Source: an uncultured Burkholderiaceae bacterium (GTDB lineage Bacteria > Pseudomonadota > Gammaproteobacteria > Burkholderiales > Burkholderiaceae_C). From it: a stretch of DNA of 64,000 nucleotides. Position numbers and translations under genes: made by a program. This document shows, one piece after another, positions 1-12,029 of this stretch. Each line of letters opens with the position of its first letter. Position 1 is the stretch's first letter. The DNA lies in the NCBI GenBank assembly GCA_964544605.1, contig CAZJBX010000009.1:3-64002 (forward strand), written 5' to 3'. Below the pieces are notes generated by a model that worked only from the letters and a program-made list of their open reading frames with translations, had not been told where the DNA came from and searched no databases.

Positions 1-126
1 TGTTGGGCTGGATCGGGCGCAATAAATTGCGCCCCTACGGGGGTCATATGCAGAATGCCATGAATGTGATTGGACATGGCAACAAAGGCATCCAAACTCA
101 CCTGCACAAACCGCCCAGGAAAATCA
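1..126 (-). pseudogene. 5-prime-truncated IS200/IS605-type Y1 (RAYT-like, REP-associated tyrosine transposase) gene remnant; runs off the left edge
   Basis: Minus-strand translation of ~1-126 reads TDFPGRFVQVSLDAFVAMSNHIHGILHMTPVGAQFIAPDPAQ, containing the hydrophobic-MxNHxHxI HUH motif of Y1 transposases. Only ~25 codons precede the HUH motif before REP2 and the gyrB stop, so the N-terminal part is missing. Bracketed by inverted GTAG hairpins. Confidence 0.4.
15..38. repeat. REP-type hairpin with GTAG tail (minus strand reads GTAGGGGCGCAATTTATTGCGCCC)
   Basis: 8-bp stem GGGCGCAA/TTGCGCCC with a 4-nt loop, followed by CTAC. Same architecture as 127-150 and 23337-23364. Confidence 0.7.
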
Positions 127-150
127 GTAGGGGCGCGATTCATCGCGCCC
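127..150. repeat. REP-type hairpin with GTAG head (GTAGGGGCGCGATTCATCGCGCCC), inverted relative to 15-38
   Basis: GTAG followed by 8-bp stem GGGCGCGA/TCGCGCCC. Lies between the gyrB stop and the RAYT-like remnant. Confidence 0.7.
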
Positions 151-163
151 TGATTCAACGGGC

Positions 164-2713
<2,550 letters not shown>

Positions 2714-2757
2714 TTAGCGAGGCCACTTCCAGTAAGACGGAGCGGCCTTAAGACGCC

Positions 2758-3909
2758 TTAAATGCGCATGGGCATCACGACATATTTGAAGCCTTCAAGA
2801 CCGGGGGCGGTGATGAGGGCGGAGCTGTTGTCGTCTTGCAATTGGATTTGCACCATGTCTTGGCTGAGGTTGCTCAGCACATCTTGCAAATAGCTGACAT
2901 TGAAGCCAATTTCGATTTCTGGGCCGCTGTAGTCCACATCGATTTCATCCAGCGCCTCTTCTTGTTCGTTGTTGTTCGAACTGACGCGCAGCAGACCGGG
3001 TTCAATGTGCAGGCGCACGCCTTTGAATTTGTCACTCATCATGACAGAGGCGCGTTGCAGAGCGGCTTGCAAAGTGCTACGAGAGACGGTGAGCTGGTGT
3101 TGGTGGTTTTGTGGGATGACGCGGTTGTAGTCTGGGAATTTGCCTTCAATCAGCTTGCTGATAATTTCAAGATCGCCGATGCGGAAACGCGCTTGGTTGC
3201 TGGCAAAGGCCATTTGAATGGGGGTGTCGCTGTCGTCGAGCAGGCGCAACAGCTCCAACACGATTTTGCGCGGCAGGATGAGCTCATGTGTGGGCAGTTC
3301 TTCTGGCGTATTGGGCTTGTCGCCTTCTTCTGTGGTCTGTGTTTGGCTTAAATCATTTTGGCTGAATGCCAAGCGGTGGCCGTCTGTAGCAACCACGGAA
3401 ACATGATGGCCTTGGGTTTGAATCAAGATGCCATTGAGGTAGTGGCGGATGTCTTGCATGGCCATGGCAAAGGCCGACTGCTGTAGGAGCTTTTTCAGGG
3501 TGTTTTGGGGCAGGCTGATTTGCTGGCCGTACTCGCTGGCTTCTTTGACCAAGGGGAATTCTGTGGCGGATAGGCTTTGCAATTTGAAGTTGCTGCGGCC
3601 AGCTTTGAGGCTGATTTGGCCGTCTTTTTCTTCGAGCTTGACTTTTTGCTCAGCCGGTAGCGTGCGCAAGATGTCGATGAGCTTGCGAATGGAAACTGTG
3701 GTTTCGTAGCTATCGGACTCTTCGCCTCCTAGCGGGCTCTTGGTTTGCATTTGGATTTCAAGGTCGCTGGTGGTCAAGATGCTTTGTGCGCCAATTTTCT
3801 TGATGAGCACATTGCTAAGAACAGGAACAGTGCTGCGCTTTTCAACGATGCCTGCAACGCTTTGCAATTGGCTGAGCAATTGGTTTTGTTCGGTTTCAAA
3901 GATGTTCAT
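2758..3909 (-). CDS. dnaN: DNA polymerase III beta sliding clamp
   Basis: 383-aa ORF between dnaA and gyrB. Typical clamp length and C-terminus (..FKYVVMPMRI). Confidence 0.95.
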   Translation of the reverse strand: MNIFETEQNQLLSQLQSVAGIVEKRSTVPVLSNVLIKKIGAQSILTTSDLEIQMQTKSPLGGEESDSYETTVSIRKLIDILRTLPAEQKVKLEEKDGQISLKAGRSNFKLQSLSATEFPLVKEASEYGQQISLPQNTLKKLLQQSAFAMAMQDIRHYLNGILIQTQGHHVSVVATDGHRLAFSQNDLSQTQTTEEGDKPNTPEELPTHELILPRKIVLELLRLLDDSDTPIQMAFASNQARFRIGDLEIISKLIEGKFPDYNRVIPQNHQHQLTVSRSTLQAALQRASVMMSDKFKGVRLHIEPGLLRVSSNNNEQEEALDEIDVDYSGPEIEIGFNVSYLQDVLSNLSQDMVQIQLQDDNSSALITAPGLEGFKYVVMPMRI

Positions 3910-4024
3910 AGTCTCTACTTGTCTTTTATTTAAAAAAAAATTGGTTGTGGTTGTTGGGGCGCTGTTTTGCTTGTTAATTGTCTAAAAACCTTGATAAATC
4001 ATGGACTTAGAGCAACTGCGGTCT

Positions 4025-4124
4025 TGTGTAAAACTGGGCTTTCTTGGGTGTGTGAAATGGGCTTAAGTTTTTTGCCTGACCTGAACCTGTGTAAAAGCGG
4101 CAACTTATCCCTCACTTATCCACA
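4025..4124. promoter_or_regulatory. DnaA-box cluster in the dnaA-dnaN intergenic region
   Basis: Perfect TTATCCACA at 4116-4124. TTATCCCTC (7/9) at 4105-4113. TGTGTAAAA (7/9 to TGTGGATAA) at 4025-4033 and 4088-4096. An A/T tract (TTTATTTAAAAAAAAATT) lies at ~3925-3942. Confidence 0.6.
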
Positions 4125-4141
4125 GTTTACGCACAAATTCA

Positions 4142-5665
4142 TCAACTTCTGAGGCTTTGCTCCAAGATGTGTAAATCGTGCTCAAGTTGGGGGTCGGCTT
4201 CTCGGTCATTGGTGATTTTTTTCACGGCGTGTAGGACGGTGGTGTGATCGCGACCAAAGGCCGCGCCAAGGGCTGGTAGGCTTTTTTGAGTCAGTTCTTT
4301 GGCCAAGAACATGGCCACATGGCGGGCTTTAACGATGTTGGCTTTGCGGCCTTTGGATTGCAGGTCAGAGACGCTGAGGCGGTAGTAGTCGGCGACGGTT
4401 CTTTGGATGTTTTCAACGCTGATTTGGCGGCTTTGCGCGGAGATGAGGTCTTTGAGGACTTCCCGTGCAGTGTGGATGTTGAGGTTTTGCTTCTTTAAGC
4501 GGGTGTTGGCCACCACATTTTTTAGGGCGCCTTCAAGCTCGCGCACATTGGAGGCCACGGTGTGGGCAATGAACCAAGCCACATCTTGTGGCAGCTTGAT
4601 TTGGAATTTCTCTTCGGCCTTTTGGTGCAGGATGGCCACACGCATTTCGACCTCAGGCGGCGAGAGCTTGACATTGAGACCTGAGTTCAAGCGGCTGATG
4701 AGGCGCTCTGGGATGTTGCTCAGCTCTTTTGGGTAGGTATCGCTGGTGAGGATGATTTGCGCCTTCTTCGACAGCAAGGTTTCAAAGGCGTTGAAGAATT
4801 CTTCTAGGGTTTTTTCTTTGTTGCTGAACTGTTGCACATCGTCAATCATCAACAGATTGAGGCTGTGGTAGCGCTCTTTAAAAGGGCCAAAGTTTTTGAT
4901 GCGACAGGCCGTGACGACATCGTTGACGAATTTGTCGGCATGGATGTAGAGCACTTTGGCCTGGGGGTGTTGTTTCAAATAGGCGTGGCCGATGGCGTGC
5001 ATCAAGTGGGTTTTGCCCAAGCCAGAGGCACCATAAATAAAGAGGGGGTTGTAGTCACTGGGCGCGCTGGGCAAGCAAATGGTTTGCCCCATCAGCAAGG
5101 CGGTTTCGTTGGCCTTGCCCGAGACGAGGGTGTCAAAAGTGAGGCTGGGATTGAGGTAGGTTTTGTGCTTTTCCGCTTTTTGGGCTTTGTGCGCAGTGTG
5201 TGTTGTGGGCTCGGCCACATCAAAGAGCTCGGCCATTGGCGGCGGGCTGGAGCGGGCTGGGGCAAGACGGGGTGCCGCTGGCACGGCCAGCGCTTGGGTT
5301 TGACTGGCTGCGGCGACTGAGGCCGCCAAGCTATTGGGCGCTTGCCCGGTCGTGAAGCTGAGGGTCACGGGGCTTGAGCTGACCAGCTCTAAGGCTTTTT
5401 CAAGCAAAACACGGTAGCGGCCACGGACGAAATCCATGGTCACGCGGTTTTTGGCGTAGATGGTCAGGTGGGACTCATCGTCGGAGGCAACCACTTGTAG
5501 GGGAACCAACCAGAGTTTGATTTGTTGGGGTGACACATGTTTTGCAAGTGTGCTCAAGCAAGCCTGCCAAACGGCGGGCTGTAGCTCAAGTGCAGGTGTC
5601 TGAGGAGGGGGAGAGGTCTTAGGCATTGGCTCAATTATAGAGACCCAAAGCCTGTTTTTTGGCAC
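4142..5665 (-). CDS. dnaA: Chromosomal replication initiator DnaA
   Basis: AAA+ Walker A GASGLGKTHL, and the domain IV DNA-binding signature (..LGAAFGRDHTTVLHA). Start is ambiguous: GTG at 5665 or ATG at 5626 (MPKTSPPP..). Confidence 0.97.
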   Translation of the reverse strand: MPKNRLWVSIIEPMPKTSPPPQTPALELQPAVWQACLSTLAKHVSPQQIKLWLVPLQVVASDDESHLTIYAKNRVTMDFVRGRYRVLLEKALELVSSSPVTLSFTTGQAPNSLAASVAAASQTQALAVPAAPRLAPARSSPPPMAELFDVAEPTTHTAHKAQKAEKHKTYLNPSLTFDTLVSGKANETALLMGQTICLPSAPSDYNPLFIYGASGLGKTHLMHAIGHAYLKQHPQAKVLYIHADKFVNDVVTACRIKNFGPFKERYHSLNLLMIDDVQQFSNKEKTLEEFFNAFETLLSKKAQIILTSDTYPKELSNIPERLISRLNSGLNVKLSPPEVEMRVAILHQKAEEKFQIKLPQDVAWFIAHTVASNVRELEGALKNVVANTRLKKQNLNIHTAREVLKDLISAQSRQISVENIQRTVADYYRLSVSDLQSKGRKANIVKARHVAMFLAKELTQKSLPALGAAFGRDHTTVLHAVKKITNDREADPQLEHDLHILEQSLRS

Positions 5666-5728
5666 TCTTGAAGCAGATAAGTTTTTGTTTTATTTGACTT
5701 ATTTATTCTTATGCACAGGCCGAGACAG

Positions 5729-6238
5729 TCAGTTGCCTTGGTGTTTTTCAGTCTTGCGGATTTTGTTCAAAATGCGGCCTTGCTTCATGCGGCTGAGGTG
5801 TTGCACAAAGACGCGGCCATTGAGGTGATCGATCTCATGCTGGATGCAAATCGCAAGTAAACCATCGGCCTCAAGTTCAAAATTTTTGCCGTTTTCATCC
5901 AGCGCTTGTACGGTAACGCTGGTGTGGCGCTCAACATCATCGTAAATGCCTGGCACAGACAAGCAACCTTCTTGGCCTTTGGTCTTATCGCTGCTGCGTA
6001 CGGTGATTTTTGGGTTGATGAAGACGCGGGGCTCGTTTTTTTCTTCGCTCAAGTCCATCACCACCACTTGCAGATGCTGATCCACCTGGGTGGCAGCCAA
6101 ACCAATACCTTGGGCGGCATACATGGTGTCGAACATATCGGCAACCAATGTGCGCATAGAATCATCAACGACTTGCACCTCTTTGGCGAGGGTGGCAAGA
6201 CGGGGGTCGGGATACTTCAGGATAGGTAGAGTGGCCAT
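5729..6238 (-). CDS. def: Peptide deformylase
   Basis: 169 aa with the three deformylase motifs [14 protein letters not shown] and HEIDHLNG. Confidence 0.95.
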   Translation of the reverse strand: MATLPILKYPDPRLATLAKEVQVVDDSMRTLVADMFDTMYAAQGIGLAATQVDQHLQVVVMDLSEEKNEPRVFINPKITVRSSDKTKGQEGCLSVPGIYDDVERHTSVTVQALDENGKNFELEADGLLAICIQHEIDHLNGRVFVQHLSRMKQGRILNKIRKTEKHQGN

Positions 6239-6372
6239 GGTGTCGCTATTTTGCTATTTTTTTGCACTTTGCGCTAAATGATACCTTTCTAGATGCCCCT
6301 GATTCTTGCAAAATCAAGGGCTTAAAATCAAAATTGCTTGCAATCTCTAAAAAACACTCACAAAGGCGATAC

Positions 6373-7827
6373 ATGACACTTCGTTTCCTTTCCACTTTGG
6401 CTCAGCCCCGAACACTCTTGGCTGCTGGTGCTTTGGCTGCGGCTTCTTTGGTTCATGCGCAAGGTGCTGTGAGCCCCTTCCATGAAGTGCGGGCTGAAGC
6501 GGCTGCCCAAGAGGGGGTTCCCCTTTCTGCTTTGTCGCCCACTGCCCCTGACAGCTACACCGTCAAACGCGGCGATACCTTGTGGGCTATCTCTGGCATG
6601 TTCCTGAAATCCCCTTGGCGCTGGCCTGAACTGTGGGGCATGAACAAAAACCAAATTCGCAACCCCCACCTTATCTACCCTGGGCAAGTGCTTTACCTTG
6701 ATAAAAGCAGTGGCCGTGCGCGTTTGCGTATGGGGCAAGCTGTTGATGGTAGCAATAGTGGCGTGGTGCGCTTGTCGCCTAGAACCCGTGTATCTTCTTT
6801 GAAAGACGATTCTATTTTGCCGATTTCCAATCACATCATTGCGCCTTTTTTGGCTGAAATGATTGTGGTGGATGCGGCTGATTTCGCGCAAGCGCCGCGT
6901 TTTGTGGCTGGTACTGAGGAGCGCACCTTGATGATGCAAGGTGATCGCGCCTATGTGCGCGCCTCACGCGATGGGGACTTGAGCATGGCCCCTGGTGCTG
7001 CTTTGTCACACCGCATTTATCGCAATGCTGAGCCTTTGAAAGATCCCGAGACGGGTGAAATTCTGGCCTATGAAGCCAAATTTTTGGGGCGTGCGCAATT
7101 GGTGCGGCCAGCAGGCACTGCCATGAAAAATGGTGAGCTGATTCAAGCACCCGATGAGGGAAGCCCTGTTCGCCCGCTCTACAACACCGAAGATACCGTT
7201 GATCGCTCTGGCTTCCGTGACAGCGCAGATAACACAGCCATCAACCCCGTTACCCAATACCCCTATAACACTGTGGTGGGTGACGGCTTGCATCTGGGGG
7301 AAAACCGTTGGCGTGATAACTGGCGCTCCTCTTATAAAGGCACTTTCGATAACCGCATCCATGATGAGAAAAGCGCCAATATCATTCCTGCTACGGTGGA
7401 CATCACCCTAAGCCGTGAAGAGATTCGTGTGGGCGACCGCCTTGGCCCTGATGTGGATATGAACGCCCTGGTGTCCTACATCCCTCAGCCCGCCCCCAGC
7501 AATATGCGCGCCCGCGTGGTGTCGGTTTACAGTGGCGAGGTGTTTGCTGGCCAAAACCAAATTGTGGCCATTAACAAAGGCGTGCATGATGGCCTGACGC
7601 GCGGCTCCATTCTTGCCGTGCTCACCAAAGGCGGTTTGGTGCGTGATCGCACCGATGCCAGCCGCCCTCTGTTGCGTTTGCCCAATGAAATCAGCGGCCA
7701 TATGATGGTGTTCAATGTGTTCGATAAAGTCTCTTACGCTCTGCTTCTGGGGGTAACCCAGCCTGTTACGGCTGGTGACTACGCCATTGATCCGCAATCT
7801 TTGGAAAACGAAATGCAAGAGGATTAA
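6373..7827 (+). CDS. LysM peptidoglycan-binding domain protein (secreted)
   Basis: Signal peptide MTLRFLSTLAQPRTLLAAGALAAASLVHAQ. LysM motif YTVKRGDTLWAISGMFL. The def-adjacent position is typical for Burkholderiales. The longest ORF starts at 6262. Confidence 0.8.
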   Translation: MTLRFLSTLAQPRTLLAAGALAAASLVHAQGAVSPFHEVRAEAAAQEGVPLSALSPTAPDSYTVKRGDTLWAISGMFLKSPWRWPELWGMNKNQIRNPHLIYPGQVLYLDKSSGRARLRMGQAVDGSNSGVVRLSPRTRVSSLKDDSILPISNHIIAPFLAEMIVVDAADFAQAPRFVAGTEERTLMMQGDRAYVRASRDGDLSMAPGAALSHRIYRNAEPLKDPETGEILAYEAKFLGRAQLVRPAGTAMKNGELIQAPDEGSPVRPLYNTEDTVDRSGFRDSADNTAINPVTQYPYNTVVGDGLHLGENRWRDNWRSSYKGTFDNRIHDEKSANIIPATVDITLSREEIRVGDRLGPDVDMNALVSYIPQPAPSNMRARVVSVYSGEVFAGQNQIVAINKGVHDGLTRGSILAVLTKGGLVRDRTDASRPLLRLPNEISGHMMVFNVFDKVSYALLLGVTQPVTAGDYAIDPQSLENEMQED

Positions 7828-7831
7828 AGCC

Positions 7832-9070
7832 ATGAGCGCAGCCAGCAGGACCGAATCCCTTGCTTGGCTGCGTTTACAGCTCACCAGCGGCGTTGGACCC
7901 GCCGCAGTACGCCGCTTATTAGCGGCGTTTTCTTTACCTAAACACATCTTTCGGCAGCCTTACGAAGCCTTGCTCACCTGCGTCAATAGCAAACAAGCAC
8001 AAAGTCTGTTGCAGCAGCCTGAGGGCTTTGATGTGGCTGCGCAAACCCTACTGGCTTGGCTGGAGCGGCCTGGCTGCATGGGCATCAGTTTGGCCGATGC
8101 CGCCTACCCCCGGGCCTTGCTGGCCAGCGATGACCCACCTTACTTTCTTTATGTTCAATGCCACGATGCCGCTTGGTGGCACAGCTTGGCCGAGCCTGAG
8201 CAAGCCCCTGTGGTGGCCATGGTGGGTAGCCGCAACCCCACACCGCAAGGCATACAACATGCGCATCAGTTTGCGCAGGGCCTGTCTGAGCGGGGTTTTT
8301 GCATTGCCTCAGGCTTGGCCCTAGGTATTGATGCTTCGGCGCATGAAGGGGCCTTAGAAGGCCGTGGGCGCACACTGGCTGTGGTGGGCACGGGCTTGGC
8401 CACGGTTTACCCCAAACAGCATCAAAGCCTGGCACAACGCATATGGGATCATGGTGGTGCAATCGTAAGTGAGTATCCACTTCATGTTGGGCCACAAGCC
8501 AGTCACTTCCCGAAGCGCAACCGCATCATTGCAGGCTGGGCTTTGGGCACGGTGGTGGTAGAGGCCAATCTCAAATCAGGTTCTTTGATTACGGCCCGCT
8601 TGAGTATGGAAAACAACCGCGATGTGTTTGCCATTCCTGGTTCTATTCATGCCTTGCAATACAAAGGCTGCCATGCACTCATCAAACAAGGCGCGAAATT
8701 GGTCGAGTGCGTGGCGGATATTGTGGAAGAACTGCCTTTAAAAGAGGTGCAAGCTTCTGGGGGTGGTATTGAAATACAAGCGCAGCAAACTGATTTGTTT
8801 GCGGCAAATGAACCCCAACATCTACCAGAAAAAGCGAAGGCCGAGACCAAACCTGCCGTGCCAAGCACCATGCCGCCCTGCCCCATTCGGGCAGAAGAAG
8901 GTAAGGCAGTAGATTTGCTACAAAGCATGGGATTTGACCCCATTCACCTTGATGCGCTACTGCAAGGCTTTAATCTGAGTTTGCCTGAGCTGCAAATGCA
9001 ATTGCTGCAACTGGAGCTACAAGGGCGGGTGCAGCGCTTGGCTGGCGGCTTATATCAGCGCACGCAATAA
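7832..9070 (+). CDS. dprA: DNA-processing protein DprA (Smf)
   Basis: Rossmann-like core VVAMVGSRNPTPQG and IASGLALGIDASAHEGAL. FAIPG motif. ATG at 7832 lies 2 nt after the LysM gene stop. Confidence 0.9.
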   Translation: MSAASRTESLAWLRLQLTSGVGPAAVRRLLAAFSLPKHIFRQPYEALLTCVNSKQAQSLLQQPEGFDVAAQTLLAWLERPGCMGISLADAAYPRALLASDDPPYFLYVQCHDAAWWHSLAEPEQAPVVAMVGSRNPTPQGIQHAHQFAQGLSERGFCIASGLALGIDASAHEGALEGRGRTLAVVGTGLATVYPKQHQSLAQRIWDHGGAIVSEYPLHVGPQASHFPKRNRIIAGWALGTVVVEANLKSGSLITARLSMENNRDVFAIPGSIHALQYKGCHALIKQGAKLVECVADIVEELPLKEVQASGGGIEIQAQQTDLFAANEPQHLPEKAKAETKPAVPSTMPPCPIRAEEGKAVDLLQSMGFDPIHLDALLQGFNLSLPELQMQLLQLELQGRVQRLAGGLYQRTQ

Positions 9071-9077
9071 GGTGGTT

Positions 9078-9773
9078 TTAGCCACGGGGTTTAAAAAAGA
9101 GCAAGCGGCGTTCGGCATCTAAAAAAGGCACTTTCAGGCCAATGTCTTGTTCAATGATGGCCATTTGTGCAAATTGCGCCAAATCCTCTTTTTCTTCCGC
9201 TTTGGCCTTCATGGCGATATAGCTGCCTTCGCTTTTCAGTAAACCTTGGCATAACTGCATAAAGTCAGGCAAAGAGGCAAAGGCGCGGCTGATGATGCCA
9301 TCAAAAAAATCAGCTTGGGTTTGCGCCAGTTTCTCAACCCGGTTGTGGTGAACACGCACATTCTTCAAGGCCAAGTGGCTGGCCGCTTGCTGCATAAAAG
9401 CAGCTTTTTTGCCCACGGTGTCGATGGTTTCAATCTGCCAATCGGGTCGGCAGATCGCCAAAATCAAACCCGGCAAACCCGCGCCTGAGCCCACATCCAG
9501 TAGGCGCGGCTGGGCCTGGCCCAACTCTGCTTGCCAAGCATCAAGGGCGGGGATGATGCTGAGGCAATCGAGCAAGTGATGCGTCAGCATGTCTTCTTTT
9601 GCGCGCAAAGCGGTGAGGTTGTACACCTTATTCCATTTGGCAATCAAATCCATATAGGCCAACAAAGCCTTGATTTGCTCAGCAGAAAGCGACAAGCCAA
9701 TTTCTGCCAAGCCCTGCTCTAGCTTGACCTGCTGTGGGTGTTGTTCTTTCGTTTCCATACTAACGGCTTCCAT
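9078..9773 (-). CDS. rsmG: 16S rRNA (guanine527-N7)-methyltransferase RsmG (GidB)
   Basis: SAM-binding motif [13 protein letters not shown]. Immediately downstream of mnmG. Alternative start at 9758. Confidence 0.92.
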   Translation of the reverse strand: MEAVSMETKEQHPQQVKLEQGLAEIGLSLSAEQIKALLAYMDLIAKWNKVYNLTALRAKEDMLTHHLLDCLSIIPALDAWQAELGQAQPRLLDVGSGAGLPGLILAICRPDWQIETIDTVGKKAAFMQQAASHLALKNVRVHHNRVEKLAQTQADFFDGIISRAFASLPDFMQLCQGLLKSEGSYIAMKAKAEEKEDLAQFAQMAIIEQDIGLKVPFLDAERRLLFFKPRG

Positions 9774-11823
9774 TTCTTTTCTTCAAATGAATCAACAAAA
9801 GAGAAATAGCCGCAGGCGTGACGCCGCTGATGCGGGCTGCTTGACCGATGCTGCGGGGGCGTTGTTGGCTCAGGCGCTGGCGCACTTCAATAGACAAAGC
9901 TTCCAAAGCCATATAGTTGAAATCTTCAGGAATGGGGGTTTGTTCTTGCTGGGCCAGTCGTTCGATTTCCTCTTTTTGGCGGTCGATATAACCTGAGTAT
10001 TTAAACAAAATCTCAATTTGCTCTGTGGCCTCTTGGCGCAACTCATCAGGCAAATCATGCAGTGTTTCATGTGAAACAGAGTCACCTAGTAAGCCCTGCT
10101 CTAAGGCCTCTTTGTCTTTTTTACTCAGCAGTTCAGCAGCCTTTGGCCCTGTTTGTCCATCGCTATCTTGGGTTTGCATGGCCATCAAATCGGTATAGGC
10201 TATGTGGGGGCGCTTGAGCAAATCACCCAAAGCGTATTCGTGCTCTAAGGCTTTGCCCAACACACGCTCGGCTTCGGCCTTGCTCACCATGCTGGGGTTG
10301 ACCCAGGTGTTTTTCAGGCGCTCGCTCTCGCGTGCAATGGCCTCTTGCTTGCGGCAGTAGTGGGTCCAGCGCACATCGTCCACCAAACCCAAGCGGCGGC
10401 CATGCGGTGTGAGGCGGCTGTCGGCATTGTCCTCGCGCAATTGCAGGCGGTATTCAGCGCGGCTGGTGAACATGCGGTAAGGTTCAGTCACGCCTTTGCT
10501 GATGAGGTCGTCCACCAATACGCCTGTATAGGCTTCATCACGGCGCGGCAGCCAACTGCTCTGCTCTTTGGCCTGTAAAGCTGCATTCAAGCCAGCAAAC
10601 AAACCCTGTGCAGCGGCTTCCTCATAGCCCGTGGTGCCGTTGATTTGCCCCGCAAAGAATAAACCCTGTATGGCTTGGGTTTCAAAATTGTCTTTTAAAG
10701 AACGCGGGTCAAAGTAATCGTATTCAATGGCATAGCCGGGGCGCAAGATGTGTGCTTGGGCCAAGCCGGGCATGGATCGCACCATGTCGTACTGGATGTC
10801 AAAAGGCAAGCTGGTGGAAATGCCATTGGGGTAGAACTCATTGGTGGTTAAACCTTCAGGTTCTAGAAAAATCTGGTGGCTGTCTTTGTCAGCAAAGCGG
10901 TTGATTTTGTCTTCCACACTGGGGCAGTAACGGGGGCCAACACCTTCAATCTTGCCTGTGAACATGGGGCTGCGATCAAAGCCGCTGCGGATGATGTCGT
11001 GGGTTTTTTCGTTGGTGTAGGTCACCCAGCATGGCAATTGTTGTGGGTGCATACGCCAACTGCCCATAAAGCTGATATGGGGCACTCTGGGGTTGCTGGC
11101 GATGGTTTGGTATTGCAGGCCGTTTGCTGTTTCACGTGGAACGCCACACAAACCCATGCCGTCACCCGGTTGTTCAGTCAGTTGGCTGAAGTCAATGCTG
11201 CGGCCATCAATACGGGGTGGTGTGCCTGTTTTTAGGCGACCTTGGGGCAGTTTCAGCTCCTTCAAGCGGGCTGATAAAGAAATAGAGGGTGGATCCCCTG
11301 CGCGGCCCGCTTGGTGGTTTTCAAGGCCAATGTGGATGCGGCCATCTAAAAAAGTGCCAGCCGTGAGTACCACGGTTTTTGCGCTAAAGCGAATGCCCGA
11401 TTGGGTGATAGCGCCCATGACGCGGTCGCCCTGCACCATCAGGTCTTCACAAGCCTGCTGAAACAACCAAAGATTGGCTTGGTTCTCCAGTGCGCGGCGG
11501 ATGGCGGCTTTGTATAGAATGCGGTCGGCTTGGGCGCGGGTGGCGCGCACGGCTGGGCCTTTGCTGGAGTTGAGCACGCGGAATTGAATGCCCGCCTCAT
11601 CGGTGGCCAAGGCCATGGCACCGCCCAAGGCATCCACTTCTTTCAATAAATGGCCTTTGCCTATGCCGCCAATCGAGGGGTTGCAGCTCATTTGGCCCAA
11701 GGTTTCAATATTGTGGCTGAGCAGCAAGGTGTTGCAGCCCATGCGGGCTGCGGCCAGGGCGGCTTCTGTGCCAGCGTGACCGCCGCCCACAACAATGACA
11801 TCAAATGTTTTTGGGTAATCCAT
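9760..11823 (-). CDS. mnmG: tRNA uridine-5-carboxymethylaminomethyl synthesis enzyme MnmG (GidA), with two lineage-specific insertions
   Basis: FAD motif [44 protein letters not shown]-terminal [22 protein letters not shown] at 11823 chosen ([12 protein letters not shown]). Confidence 0.95.
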   Translation of the reverse strand: MDYPKTFDVIVVGGGHAGTEAALAAARMGCNTLLLSHNIETLGQMSCNPSIGGIGKGHLLKEVDALGGAMALATDEAGIQFRVLNSSKGPAVRATRAQADRILYKAAIRRALENQANLWLFQQACEDLMVQGDRVMGAITQSGIRFSAKTVVLTAGTFLDGRIHIGLENHQAGRAGDPPSISLSARLKELKLPQGRLKTGTPPRIDGRSIDFSQLTEQPGDGMGLCGVPRETANGLQYQTIASNPRVPHISFMGSWRMHPQQLPCWVTYTNEKTHDIIRSGFDRSPMFTGKIEGVGPRYCPSVEDKINRFADKDSHQIFLEPEGLTTNEFYPNGISTSLPFDIQYDMVRSMPGLAQAHILRPGYAIEYDYFDPRSLKDNFETQAIQGLFFAGQINGTTGYEEAAAQGLFAGLNAALQAKEQSSWLPRRDEAYTGVLVDDLISKGVTEPYRMFTSRAEYRLQLREDNADSRLTPHGRRLGLVDDVRWTHYCRKQEAIARESERLKNTWVNPSMVSKAEAERVLGKALEHEYALGDLLKRPHIAYTDLMAMQTQDSDGQTGPKAAELLSKKDKEALEQGLLGDSVSHETLHDLPDELRQEATEQIEILFKYSGYIDRQKEEIERLAQQEQTPIPEDFNYMALEALSIEVRQRLSQQRPRSIGQAARISGVTPAAISLLLIHLKKRNGSR

Positions 11824-12029
11824 ATCAGGGTGCTGCACCTTGGGCGCAGGCTCGGTTTTGTGGCTTGTGTCAAGCCCAAGAGATGGGGCCTGTGCCTGTG
11901 GGCTTTTTGGGCGCAATGGGCCAGGCCAAAGATGGGCTCAATTATCGCCTACATGGTCTGGGCTGTTGGCCCTTTTTCCCCTTGTGTATCTGCCTTGTTT
12001 CCTTCAATTTTGGGCTGAAGAAGTAGCGT

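Noticed and set aside
6239-6372. AT-rich def/LysM divergent spacer (with repeated AAAATCAA) and the mnmG-lolC spacer (11824-12029) as alternative oriC candidates.
   Set aside because: Neither contains a sequence closer than 6/9 to the DnaA box TTATCCACA. They are adequately explained as divergent promoter regions.
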